Assembly: GCA_964016885.1 (NCBI GenBank)
Contig: OZ024741.1
Span: 331,390,001 to 331,454,000, forward strand
Length of the DNA stretch: 64,000 bases
Direction of reading: 5' to 3'
DNA from: Eledone cirrhosa
Taxonomy: Eukaryota
The first letter of the stretch is position 1. Each line of letters starts with the position of its first letter. The position numbers and the translations under genes were made by a program. The notes under the pieces are model-generated. The model saw nothing but the letters and a program-made list of their open reading frames with translations. It did not search any database and was not told where the DNA came from. Shown here piece after piece: positions 25,749-37,941 of the stretch.

Positions 25749-26077
25749 GGAGGCACAAGGCTTAGTGGTTAGGGCATTGGCCTTGCAATCGAAAGGTTGT
25801 GAGTTCAATTCTCAGACCGGGTGATGTGTTGTTTCTTTGAGCAAGACACTTTATTTCACATTGCTCCAGTTTACTCAGCTGTAGAAATGAGATGATAGGA
25901 CTGGGGTCCTTATCATTCCACTGCAAAGTGGTCGTGGAGGTGCCACTGCAAAAAAGCAAAAAAGCACCCAGCACTCACTGTAAATGAGGTTGGTGTTAGG
26001 AAGGGCATCCAGCTGTAGAAATCAAGCCAGAATCAGTTCTCATCCCACCCCACGTAAAATGATGATGATGATGATGA

Positions 26078-26081
<4 letters not shown>
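25749..26081 (+). mobile_element. SINE family A
   Basis: A box GGCTTAGTGG, B box GAGTTCAATTC and the same body as the 44048 copy. The RTE tail has a deletion and is followed by (GAT)n then (TA)n. Confidence 0.9.
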
Positions 26082-26124
<43 letters not shown>

Positions 26125-26979
26125 CATTAGGAAGGGCATCCAGCCGTAGAAACCAAGTCAAAATCAGTTGCGTGTGACTCTCACAAAAGGTTAGCCTGTC
26201 CTCCCCATGCTAGCATGGAAAATGGATGTCAAATTATCATGGAACGAGGGTGATGATATATGTATATATATATATTGTGTGTGTGTATGTTTCTATGAGT
26301 AAATATTTTGAAATTGTCTAGACATTTAAAATTGTTTTTCTTAAAGATATCAGTTGTTGAGAGCCAAACTGTGATGGTGCCAGTAAACAAGACAACAAAA
26401 TACATATGATAATAAATAAAATAAAGTGTTTATTTCTGGTTTAGCAATTTAAAAAGGTATGGCAATAATACATTGGAACGTGCCATAAGGAAGGGTATCC
26501 AACTGTAGAAACCATACCAAAAATACAGATCCATAAGAGCAACATGTGGTCACTTGACCTGACGTCTCATAATGTGATAACCCGTTTAACCCATGCAAGA
26601 ATGGAAAAATAGACATTAAACAAAGATGATGATAATGATGATACACACACACACAAACACTTATATGTATATATATGTATATATTGTTATACTTTGGGAG
26701 GGTCATACTACCAATAAAAACATATTCTCCAGTTGAGTTCCATTTCAATCTTGGTATTAGTTAGGTAGCTAATCCATTCCTGTCTTAGTTTATAGGAACT
26801 TCATGGTTATGTAATTGTCAAAATCGTTCCCCTTCAGGTAGAGTAAATAAAACAAAATCAAACTAAGAGAATACAGAGAGGAGCAAGAATAATAATTGAG
26901 AAGGTCAAGGGTGTGTGACAAAAGAGGTTTGATAATTAAACATGACAATTAAATAACCACCCAGTTACTAAAGAAATAA

Positions 26980-27069
<90 letters not shown>

Positions 27070-27143
27070 ATAAAATAATTATATATACATATAAAATAAA
27101 ATAAGTCAAACATTTAAAATTTGACTTCGTTTATTAAAGATGT

Positions 27144-27179
27144 ACTGCTACATATATTTCGGTGACCTCTTCAGGCAGT
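27144..27179 (-). ncRNA. Hammerhead motif with collapsed stem II
   Basis: The reverse complement reads ACTGC CTGAAGA GGTCACC GAAA TATATG TA GCAGT. Confidence 0.6.
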
Positions 27180-28085
27180 CCGAATTGGTGTGGTAGAGAC
27201 AGGGTAAACATGTTGTTAAAGTGTTTTACTCCGTCAATACTCCGATATGTCCAGCTCCTGGTTAGGTTATTTCTCTGAGGAACTAGAATCATATGAATTC
27301 GAACAAACAAATTTCGGCATCATAGGACACTCTCTCCTCCCATTGGTCAGTTGTGAGAACATTCCTCAGTCAAAAGTCTATAGAAATTTTTCTGAGGCAA
27401 GACAATCTGTTGTGGTTGTTTTTGTTAAGTACTCGGGTTGTGGTGTTTTACACTCCACTCTTCTCTCATTTGCTCTTAAAACGCACCACCCCATGATAGT
27501 GTAACGATTGTAATGCTTTGCACTTCTCAATTCTGACACACAGCCTTTCTACTTCAGTCAATATTTTCCAAATCTTTCAAACTTTGAGATTGGTTATAAC
27601 ACACACGCATTTTATTTTATTCTTTTATTATTTTATTTTTTTATTTCTTCATTTTACTTTATCTTATTTCTTTATCTGTTTGGCACCGCCCCCACCACGT
27701 GAAATGGTGGCAGGATAGATGCCAACCCCCACACACAAATTCTTCTAAACATAACAGCAGCCGAACTAAAGCTGATCTGCCGGCTGACCCCCTAACACCA
27801 ATACCACTACCAACACAAGGAAGGAGATCAGCTGTACTTAACAAAAACAACCACAACAGATTGTCTTGCCTCAGAAAAATTTCTATAGACTTTTGACTGA
27901 GGAATGTTCTCACAACTGACCAATGGGAGGAGAGAGTGTCCTATGACGCCGAAATTCGTTTATTCGAATTCATATGATTCCAGTTCCTCAGAGAAATAAC
28001 CTAACCAGGAGCTGGACATATCGGAGTATTGACGGAGTAAAACACTTTAACAACATGTTTACCTGTCTCTACCACACCAATTCGG

Positions 28086-28140
28086 ACTGCCTGAAGAGGT
28101 CACAGCCAATGATGGCTGTCATCGAAATATATATATCAGT
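28086..28140 (+). ncRNA. Minimal hammerhead ribozyme
   Basis: ACTGC CTGAAGA GGTC ACAGCCA atga TGGCTGT CATC GAAA TATATATA TC AGT. Confidence 0.7.
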
Positions 28141-28290
28141 ACATCTTTAATAAACGAAGCCAAATTTTAAATATTTGACTTAATTATTTTATTTTACATT
28201 ACTCCGGAGTAACCAAACCAACCTGCGTACTTCGTCGAGTGCTCCAATCTGCATACTCAGGTGTCGGTAAACAACCAACATATACTCAAA

Positions 28291-28361
<71 letters not shown>

Positions 28362-28414
28362 TATATATATACATATATATATATATCGAATGTAGAAAAG
28401 TAACACACGAGTTG

Positions 28415-28630
28415 ATATATATAAAAAAGAAATAGTAGAAAGGAAAAAGATTCTTTCAGTAGAACATTTTGAAGAGATTTTTTTCAGTGAAATATAAAAA
28501 CATTAATTTATTTACAAGTATTTATTTACACTCCTTGTAAATAAATTAATGTTTTGATATCTCACTGAAAAAAATCTCTTTAAGATTTTCTACAGAAAAT
28601 TTTTTTCCTTTATGATATTTGTTTATATAT
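28415..28630. repeat. Imperfect AT-rich palindrome
   Basis: AAGAGATTTTTTTCAGTGA...ATTAATTTATTTACAAG is mirrored by CTTGTAAATAAATTAAT...TCACTGAAAAAAATCTCTT. Confidence 0.8.
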
Positions 28631-28803
28631 ATATATAGAGAGAGATATATATATATTATTCAAAATATTAATTCTTCATCATATTTAAGTTAATCATGTT
28701 ATTATTTGTGGTATATAAATATTGAGATTTGTTGTAATAAATTACTGCCAATACTGGAATTGAACCATCAAGACAGTTGAGGTATGTCATACATCAATTC
28801 ATA

Positions 28804-28870
28804 TATTTTATCTGATGAGGACGTACTGAAAAAAACAGCACAGTACCTCCGAAATATATATATAATAAAA
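28804..28870 (+). ncRNA. Minimal hammerhead ribozyme
   Basis: TTTTAT CTGATGA GGACGTACTG..CAGTACCTCC GAAA TATATATA TA ATAAAA. Confidence 0.8.
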
Positions 28871-28905
28871 CATATATTTTGATTATATGAACGTCTTCAT
28901 TTATG

Positions 28906-28969
28906 TTTTATTATATATATTTCGGAGGTACTGTGATGTTTTTTCAGTACGTCCTCATCAGATAAAATA
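28906..28969 (-). ncRNA. Minimal hammerhead ribozyme
   Basis: Inverted copy of 28804-28870 with an intact core. Confidence 0.78.
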
Positions 28970-29685
28970 TATGAATTGATGTATGACATACCTCAACTGT
29001 CTTGATGGTTCAATTCCAGTATTGGCAGTGATTTATTACAACAAATCTCCATATTTATATACCACAAATAATAGCATGATAAACTTAAATATGATGAAGA
29101 AGAGGATGTGGAGCGAGATATAAGTTTAAGGAGGGGGTGAGTATGAGAAAATGTAAGAATAAATAAATAAACACATACGTACATAAATATTTAAATGCGT
29201 AAATATCCGTGTTATGGAAGAAAAGGAAGAGAGAGAGAGAGATAGATAGAAGAAGAGAAGAAAGAAGAAGAGAGAAAAAAGAAGAGAAGATAGAAGGAGA
29301 GAGAAGAGGGAAGACGTAACTGCAAAATGGAAGAATGAAAGAAAGAAAGAAGAAAGGGACATGATGCGTGACCGTTGTTTTCAAATATTAAGTCAAATAG
29401 AAGCGACCAATTAAATACCATGACATTTTTAATATCTTTTGTATTTGGTTATGTTTGAGGTAATTATACTAATATATTATATCAAAATTAAACAATATAA
29501 AAATATTTTCTATAATAATCAGAAGCATAGTTCAATCAATAAATATATTCAATATTTTGTTACAAAATTCAAAAATCAAAAATATTTTTACCTATCAAGC
29601 AAGTTTACAAACATATTAAATATGTATAAGGATATTTACCACAACCTATTCGCATATCACCATCAGTATATGCATTTTATATAAT

Positions 29686-29851
29686 TGTTTCTACTTTTGG
29701 CACAAGACCAGCAATTACCCAGTACACTACTGGTACTTTATTTTATCGACCCCGTAAGGATGAAAGGCAAAGTTAACCTCGACGGGATTTGAACTCAAAC
29801 CGTAAAGGGACGTAACTATGCTAGAAAGCATGGCGTCCAACCCTCTACTGA
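29686..29851 (-). mobile_element. SINE family B, 5'-truncated, with TSD
   Basis: TATGCATTTTATATAAT is repeated on both sides. Confidence 0.85.
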
Positions 29852-30397
29852 TATGCATTTTATATAATGTTTAGAATTATTATCTGAATTATTCTTTTTA
29901 CATTATAAACAATCCAATAGTTGTCATTTACTTATAGGATTAATAAGTAGTTATATTTACTCTTGAAAGTATTATTATTTGGATTTTATTTCTGTAACTA
30001 TATCATAATATATGTAGTTTCCCTTTCAGGATTAATATTAAACAGTATAAATCATGTTAATTATACATTATTAATCCATCTCGATAGAACGAAAATTATA
30101 TACGAAGAATGTAAACAAAGGAAGGTAATCCGTACAACATATGTGATCATTTATATTAACTAAGTGCTTTGAAAGCCAGAAGATATTTCAAACCGCAAAT
30201 TCAGAAAATTCTAGTTATACAATGATCCTTCTAAAACCGAACTTAGGATACTGAGTCATATCATGAGATTAATTTACTATATAAAAAAAAACATATACAA
30301 TTTTTAAGGTAAGACAAAACATTATATATATAATAATAATAATAATAATATTTCAAGAATTATTAATAATAGTCAATATTCTTTTTCTTCTTAGTCA

Positions 30398-30431
<34 letters not shown>

Positions 30432-30603
30432 TTTAGGCACAAGGCCAACAATCACCCAGTGTATTACTGGTACTTTATTTTATCTACCCCGTAAGGATGA
30501 AAGGCAAAGTCAACCTCGGCGGGATTTGAACTCAGATCGTAAAGGGACGTAACTATGCTGGAAAGCATGGCGTCCGACCCTCTACTGATACTGCCAATCC
30601 ACG
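30432..30603 (-). mobile_element. SINE family B
   Basis: Matches 45012-45200. Confidence 0.85.
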
Positions 30604-30605
30604 GG

Positions 30606-31477
30606 TTAGTATTCAGTGTTAGTTTTAAGTGTTTTACTGGTTGCGCATTTCAAATGCTTTTCAAAAATAATTTTGAGATAGAGCGTTCGTGATTTGGTTG
30701 GTTGTTGAATGTCACGTGAATAAGCACTATAATTTTGATTAGTCGGTAGAAGTCAATAATAAAAGAGACGAAATGATGTATAGTATTGTCATAACACCAA
30801 GGTGTGTGTGAGTGTTTCCAGATTGTACGTACTGCAAGAGAATCCATTAGGCCCTGCCGTATGGGATACTTGTGGATAGAAATGTATGTAGGATGTATGT
30901 TGATGTGGGTATGTATGTGGATGTGTGTATGTTGTGGGTTCGTCTTAGGGAGAAGTGTTTAGACGGGGTCCGTATTTGTCAATAAAGTGAGATTCCTTGC
31001 TGATGTGCTGGGTGTGGGTGGCAGTATCTTTAAATTTGTAGAGGAGAAAGATTCTAAAGTTGGGATGATTTTGGGCGGCACAGGTATCAATGTGTTCACT
31101 CAGCGGTGTTTTTTCTGTATTCCCGTATTTTGATTTTGGATCTATGGACAGTCAAGCGTTGGTGGAGGCTGTTCTTAGTCTGGCCTATGTATTGTTCTCG
31201 ATAACCTGAGCAAGTTAATACATATATTAGGTTTTCTAATGTGCATGTGAAATTGTCATAACATGTATAGTATTGTCATAACACCTTGGCGTTATACATC
31301 ATTTCACCTCTTTTATTATTGAACATTCACGTGACTTCTACGACCAATCAAAATTATAGTGCTTATTCACGTGACATTCAACAACCAAATCACGAACGCT
31401 CTATCTCAAAATTATTTTTGAAAAGCATTTGAAATGCTCAACCGGTAAAAAACTTAAAACTAACACTGAATACTAAT
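30606..31477. repeat. Inverted repeat (about 180-bp arms) interrupted at its apex by a PLE fragment
   Basis: About 30606-30782 is the reverse complement of about 31293-31477. Confidence 0.85.
30957..31254 (-). pseudogene. Penelope-like GIY-YIG endonuclease fragment
   Basis: NFTCTLENLIYVLTCSGYREQYIGQTKNSLHQRLTVHRS, then a frameshift, then PLSEHIDTC...KESHFIDKYGPRLN. Confidence 0.85.
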
Positions 31478-31487
31478 CATTACTTAA

Positions 31488-31592
31488 TCCCGCCGAGGTT
31501 AACTTTGTCTTTTATCCTTATGGGGTCGATAAAATAAAGTACCAGTAATACACTGAGATAATTGGTGGTCTTGTGCCAAAAGTAGAAACAAT
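31488..31592 (+). mobile_element. SINE family B 3' half
   Basis: ATCCCGCCGAGGTTAACTTTG...GTCGATAAAATAAAGTACCAG...GTGCCAAAAGTAGAAACAATT. Confidence 0.8.
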
Positions 31593-31722
31593 TACTTATT
31601 ACTAATTTATACTTATTCCTAATTAAACTATTTTTCAATGGAAAAAATGTCACCATTTTCTTTTCCTTTTTACTAATATATATATATATATATACATATA
31701 ATTATCATCATCGTTTAGCATC

Positions 31723-31850
<128 letters not shown>

Positions 31851-31911
31851 TATGTAAGTATATATATATATATATATATACATATATATGTATGTATATA
31901 TGTATATATAT

Positions 31912-32029
31912 AAATCATCAGGCTTCCTGATGATTTCTCCCAGATGAAACAGTTCTAGTCCTGTAGAAGCCTTTGCTATATTAAATATATATATATATGT
32001 TTAATATAAAAATGGCTTCTACAGGACTA
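31912..32029 (+). ncRNA. Hammerhead-like motif between two small fold-backs
   Basis: CTGATGA(31927) TTTC..GAT GAAAC AGTTC TAGTCC, with hairpins at 31912-31936 and 31956-32029. Same family as 36818-36957, with weak stems. Confidence 0.45.
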
Positions 32030-32574
32030 TATATATATATATATATATATATACTCATGCTACTGTTACTCAAATGAAGATATTATAGTTGCATAAAATG
32101 ATAAAAGCATAAACTATAATAAACACAAACATAAACCTAAGCATTAAGCATTAAGAAGTTATTAATGTCAGAGCTGAAAATATTCAAAGTAAGTTCTTTG
32201 TGTTAGTAATGGTGTTTTAGGATTAACCATTATTATGTACCACTATTCTCATGTATATCTTCATTAACAGTTTAATGTTTTTGGCCTGGAGATATATAGA
32301 TATTTCTAAGGAATATAAGGAAAAAGCAAAGCAAAGCAATGTGGTGGTTGTTGTTTTTTGTTGTTTTGTTGCTCATTACTGTATTATTATAGAAACTGCA
32401 TCCCAATCACGATTCTATTCAGCCTGTAAGAGTTTGGTAGTTTCCAGGTCAGAACCATGACAGTGCTGTGCATTAGTTACCATTGTTGGGTGAAGTAAAT
32501 TTCAGATGTTAGCTGGGAGGGAGTCACGATTGGAATGGAATGGATTGAAACAGTATGGAATGGTATGGTGTGGA

Positions 32575-32945
32575 ATGGTGTGTTATGATGAAGTTAAGAG
32601 TTACTGCTGCTGCTATTGCTGCTGCATGTAGTGGTGGTGGTGGTGCTGGCTATGGTGAGGGAGTTGTAGAGTCATGGTGTAATGTAATTGAAGAATTTAG
32701 TGCTTCTGCTGCTGTTGATGCTGCTGCATGTAGCGGTGATGGCAGTGGAGGAGAAGTAGAGTCATGGGGTAGTGTAATTGAAGAATCTAGTGCTGCTGTT
32801 GCTGCATGTAGTGAGGGGGAGGTAAGAAGGAGTAGAATTATGGTGTTGTGTAATTAAAGAATCTAGTGCTGTTGCTGCTGCTGCTGCATGTGGGGAGAGG
32901 GGAGGAGGGGGTAGAGTGATGGTATAGTGTAATTGAAGAATGTAG
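32575..32945. repeat. Degenerate tandem repeat of about 70-90 bp
   Basis: Recurrent GTGTAATTGAAGAATCTAGTGCTGCTG..GCTGCATGT. Confidence 0.75.
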
Positions 32946-33349
32946 TCATGAAACTGAACAAGAGAATCCACCATAGATTAAACATTAGTATATTGGATAG
33001 CAAAATAGAAATATCCAACTGACAGTAATGGGTATATTAGTGAAATATGAAGGTAATGAACTTAAAAGGTAATAATTAAGTGATTATAGAATAATAATCA
33101 ACAGCATCATTCTAACAAAGGGTTTAATTAGGTTCTAGCTGATTGGATGGATTTGGTGGCATCAAATTAATGCAGAGTTTAATTTTCTCATGACTTCAGA
33201 AGTAATATTGATAGCCCTAAAAGTAATCCCACCAAACCTAACTTCAATTGATCTCATTCAATCAGTATATCTACATTATATTTAATGTACACAGATGACC
33301 AGAAATACAGTTATCAAGAGAACTCTACCCTTTTCCTAATCTAAGTCTA

Positions 33350-33680
33350 AAGACTGTCTTGAACCTGGAGGCTCATCATGCTAATGCTTATCTGAGTTTC
33401 TGTGGCATGAAGCGACTTAGAGTACAAGACCCCCCCCTCACGCTGGACAGGACACCAAGTCATCGCAGGGTTAAACCCCTGCTATTGAGAGTACAAGACT
33501 CCACCATGGACAGGACACCAGTCCATTGCTGCTGGTACTCATTTTAAGCTGAGTATACTGGAGCAATGTGAAATAAAGTGATTTGCTCAAGAACACAACA
33601 TGCAAACCAGTTCTGGAATCAAACCCATGACATTGTAATCATAAGTCTAACACCCTTACCACTAGACCATGCATCTCCAC
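33350..33680 (-). mobile_element. tRNA/CORE-like SINE with alternative 3' part
   Basis: GCTGAGTATACTGGAGCAATGTGAAATAAAGTG..GCTCAAGAACACAAC. Relatives lie at 41825-42042 (+), 19915-20240 (-), 49190-49330 (+) and 63200-63350 (-). Confidence 0.75.
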
Positions 33681-35572
33681 CCTTTTCCTAATGATACCTG
33701 TAAAATATTGCAAGTATGCAATATCTCATATAAATGTATAGAATTATAATTAAACTGCTAAGAGGGCTGGTGTGTTGATAAGGATAGGAGAAAGAGGCAG
33801 CAAATGTATTCTAATGTTCTGTTGTTGATTTATGATTTTATTGAACAATCATTAAAAATATCTGCTATCATTAATTAATCTATCTTTAATTAGAAGTATA
33901 ACTATTTCACATTATGGCTAAGGCAAAATACCTCCAGGGAACATTCTGCATACTTAATATATCACCATCATCATCTTCATCATCATTTTCATAATTATAT
34001 TGACTTTTCCATGCAGGCATGGGTTAGGTGGGACTTTTTAAAGCCATGTTTTATGGCTGGAATGTCCTTGCTGAAACCAACCCTGGCTAAGGCAATACAC
34101 CTCTAGGGAACATTCCACATACCAAATACACCATCATCATCATCATCATAATTGTTTTCATATAGACTTTTCCATGCAGGCATAGGTTGAATGAGACTTT
34201 TAAAGCCATGTTTTATGGATGGGATGCCCTTCCTGAAACCAACCCTTTTAGTCACTTCTTATAACATGCAGAGATACAATGTACCTATTCTAAGCTGGAT
34301 ACAAACAGTTAGGTTACAAATATGGCAAAAAAATCTCTTGTATATGATATAATGAGTTGAAATACTCCTATTTACTCTCTGTTGGGTGGTTTAAAATTTA
34401 CTTTTAGATTTTGTAAAGTGGTTGGTGATAAGGGAGGGTATCCAACCATAGAAACCATTCCAAACAAAGGGCTGGAAAGACTCTTCAGTTGTGTCAAAGA
34501 CATGACAATTTCCTTAGTGTTGATCCATGATAAAATGCTCTTGGTAAAGAGTGTGATTGTATGTAAGAAGTAGTCACCCAAGTCATCTGTGAGGTCAGTA
34601 GCTCTGCTTGAGTATTGACTTGATCTGTGAAGACCAATCCAGTCCTTTCTAACAGTAAAGACAGATATTAAATGATTATGATGATGATGATGATTTTATT
34701 CACCACTAAAGGGAGGTTGATAAATAAAGTACTAGTCTTGTGCAGAGGTTGGTTCTTTCCCCACTCTCTTCTTCGAGAAGAAATTGACTTTGTTTAGATC
34801 TGGAGAATGATGGGCTCTACCAGGTTTATTTTAAATGCCCAAGATATACCATATTTCAGGACAATGCCCCTATGACATCACCAAGAGTTCAGGGGCCCCT
34901 TAACTTATATAGAACATGTTCAGGGACCCCCTTTACATATAGAACATCCTAAAGCTTCAAAAGATGCACTAATATTTTTATTTTTCTAATAAACATAGAT
35001 AGAAATGCATGGTGTCAGAGAGATGTTCAACAGTAATAAAATAAAATAGCTTTAAAGAATTGAAAAAGCTTTTAGCTGCTTATTCTGAAGTACATTTGAT
35101 GCACTTAATTTTTTGAGTCATTGCCAAACGAACTAAAATTTCAGTGCAACTTTTGTGAAACCATTGATTTCACAGGCTACGTGATATTTAACTTCTTTCT
35201 GCTCCTTTCCTGTAAACTGAACACAGTTATCTGCATAAAACTATTGAACTGTGTGGACTCCTACAACTAATGAACACCTTCATTATGTTTACAGACACCA
35301 TTGACTTATAGAAAACTTTGAACTGAAGTAATTCTTTATATAATATGTAGGTTTCTGAGTTGTGTTGGGGGTAACCACAGTTAAAAAAGGAACTCAATAT
35401 ACTGGTGGTTGGTGTTAGGAAGGGCATCCAGCAGTAAAAAACCTGCCAGAGACACTTCCGTATGAGCGAGACATGGTCTCCCGACCATTCCTGCATCAAA
35501 TGGAACCAAACTGTCTAACCCATGCTAGTGTGGAAGATGGACATTAGATGATGATGATTATGATGATGATGA

Positions 35573-35610
<38 letters not shown>

Positions 35611-35615
<5 letters not shown>

Positions 35616-35713
35616 AAAATGTTCAAGACCCCAACGGCAAAGCTCAAGCCATCGAAACAGCTTGAGCTATGTCGTCGGGGTCTTGAATATTTTCCTATTA
35701 CCCACTCTACTAC
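35611..35713 (+). repeat. Fold-back hairpin related to 15350-15474
   Basis: ATAGGAAAATGTTCAAGACCCC...GGGGTCTTGAATATTTTCCTAT followed by TACCCACTCTACTAC. Confidence 0.85.
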
Positions 35714-36200
35714 GCATGTGTGTGTTTCTGTGTGTACGTATGTTTGTGCAATCATCCTCCCCACTGCCTATATATATACACATGTGTATATATATAATAT
35801 GTTTGTCTGGCTGCTTGTATATATGTATCTATATGCTTTTACATACACTCTGAACATTAACTCCTTATAACATGAGCCCCCTTAACAATCCACTACCACA
35901 CATATCACCCCACCCTAAACACCGCAACCTTTCATCCAGTATCATAAACCACAACACTGCCACACCCACACCACACACAAAAATCAGCCAAACTGTCTAC
36001 CGACAACCAGCACCCCTACACAGCCACCCACTTCAACCTATGCCCCCCCCCCCCCCAACTTATCCCACCCTACATACACTACAGGCAAAAACATCCCTAT
36101 GAATTAATCCACCAATCAAAACAAACTTCACTGACCACCATAGGAACATCAGACTTTCTCCTACGCCATGTATGTTCATTTTTCCATTACCATTACAAGG

Positions 36201-36285
36201 GGTCTGACGAGTCGTGGATTACAGAGTCGGGTTAGATCGATACAGATCGAACCTTGAGCTGATCTCTGGCGAAACGCATGTCACC
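36201..36285 (+). ncRNA. Type I hammerhead ribozyme with canonical core
   Basis: GGT CTGACGA GTCG..long stem II..TGGC GAAAC GCAT GTC ACC. The cleavage triplet is GUC and AATAAA follows. Confidence 0.8.
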
Positions 36286-36322
36286 AACCAATAAACGTAA
36301 TGATGACTGTCACCACAGAATA

Positions 36323-36361
36323 TGAACCTGAAGATTGCGAAAGCATGAAAGTACTTGTTCA
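36323..36361 (+). ncRNA. Minimal hammerhead ribozyme
   Basis: TGAAC CTGAAGA T TGC gaaa GCA T GAAA GTAC TT GTTCA, with palindromic AAGTACTT. Confidence 0.75.
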
Positions 36362-36817
36362 ATTAACATTTAACATTTAATATTCTACCATACTATTTCA
36401 TTATAATATTATAATTTTAAAGGATTGTAAATAAAACGAGTAAATCAGACAAAGTTGGAATTCCTTTTATTAATATAATCTTCTATACACTCCACTTTGC
36501 GTTTCAACTCGTTACCAAGACTACCTAATGGCTTTCTTGTTTTCCATTTTCCTTTTCGTTTTTTTTTGTGTGTCTTCACTGGACCTTCTTTCTGTTTATC
36601 CATTAGTATCCTTTCTCTATTTGTACTCCTGAAGAAGGGCTTAAGCCAAACACATCAAACTTTCTTTCCTCTTTCCAATATAAAGCGTGAAACTAATAAG
36701 ACTTTTTGTACCTCTGTTTGTTGTCTCCTTGAACTATATATTTATATGTAGATAATGATGATGTAGGTTCCTCAGTTGTATTGGAGAGTAACCACAGTTA
36801 AAAAAGGTGCTCAATAC

Positions 36818-36957
36818 ATCTTTATTATATAAAGAAATGACTTCAACAGGACTAGAACTGTTTCATTCGTATGAAATCATCAGGAATGTCCATTCTGATG
36901 ATTTGACACACATGAACCAGTTCTAGTCATGTAGACATTTCTATATATACTAAAGAT
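36818..36957. repeat. Palindrome of two divergent hammerhead-like motifs
   Basis: TCATCAG(36877-36883) gaatgtccatt CTGATGA(36895-36901), with arms GACTAGAACTG / CAGTTCTAGTC. Confidence 0.7.
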
Positions 36958-37026
36958 AATTCGTTATATACAAAGTTTAAACATGTCTATGTATGCATGT
37001 ATATATATATATATATATATATATAT

Positions 37027-37934
37027 CATCATCATCATCATCATCATCATTTCACGTCCGCTTTTCCCTGCTTGCAAGGGTGGGACGGGTCTTATTCAGC
37101 ACAGCATCTCTCCACTCGTCACGGTCCCTCGTCATCTCCACCGTGAGCTTCAATGATCTGAGGTCTGTTCTCACCACATCCGCCCATGTTTTTCGTGGTC
37201 TACCTCTACCACGTCTTCCTTCAACTGGCATTTCCTGGCACTTCTTCACCCATCGGTCATCCTCCATGCGCATCACATGTCCATACCACCTCAGTCTCCT
37301 CTCCCGTACACTACATTCTATCCCTCTCAGACACAGTTTCTCTCTCAACACATTTATGCTGGGTCGTTCACGCACATTTATACTGCACATCCAACGGAGC
37401 ATGCTTGCCTCATTTCTCTCCAGCCGTCGCATATCCTCTGCGGTTGCTGCCCATGTCTCACTACCATGCAGCATCGCACTCCTCACACAGGCATCATACA
37501 ACCGGCCTTTCGTACGCAGGGAGAAACCCTTCTTCGTCAACAGAGGAAGCAGCTCCCTAAACTTCTTCCAACCCGTCCTTATTCTAGATACTATGGCCTC
37601 GGAACACCCTCCTCCCATGCTAATCTGATCTCCTAGGTACCGGAAGCTATCCACCACTTCTATAGCGCCCTCTCGCATTTGAAAAATGTGTCTATCAGTG
37701 CGACTTCTACTGTCTAATTTCCCTGTACATCTACTGCATACATATTTCTCCCTACCTGTTAGTTTGCCTGCTATCCCGCTACATCTCTTGTGTACCCAGG
37801 ACCGGCATTGTGTGCATTTTATAGAATTTATGCCAGTTCCTTTTCTGCATATCGAACATGGCCATTTCCCTGACGGAATCAGGGTTTTGTCCTCTTTTCT
37901 ACTCATCAACACTTTTGTCTTAGCTAGATTTACT
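37027..37934 (-). mobile_element. RTE LINE 3' fragment with (GAT)n tail abutting (TA)n
   Basis: The stop codon is followed directly by AATGATGATGAT... and then (TA)n. Confidence 0.9.
37052..37934 (-). CDS. 5'-truncated RTE ORF C-terminus with PHD-like zinc finger
   Basis: VNLAKTKVL, CSIC..CTQC..HKRC..CSRC, VDSFRYLG, LHGSETW, RLRWYGHV and GRGRPRKTW, with no stops. The ORF-track start upstream of about 37934 lies in unrelated flank. Confidence 0.9.
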
Positions 37935-37941
37935 CTATATA

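Larger units (their letters stand above)
27095..28195. repeat. Inverted repeat with about 340-bp arms, each holding a hammerhead
   Basis: About 27095-27431 is the reverse complement of about 27834-28195. Confidence 0.92.
28672..29101. repeat. About 200-bp-arm palindrome with two convergent hammerheads
   Basis: 28672-28872 is the reverse complement of about 28904-29101. Confidence 0.92.
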
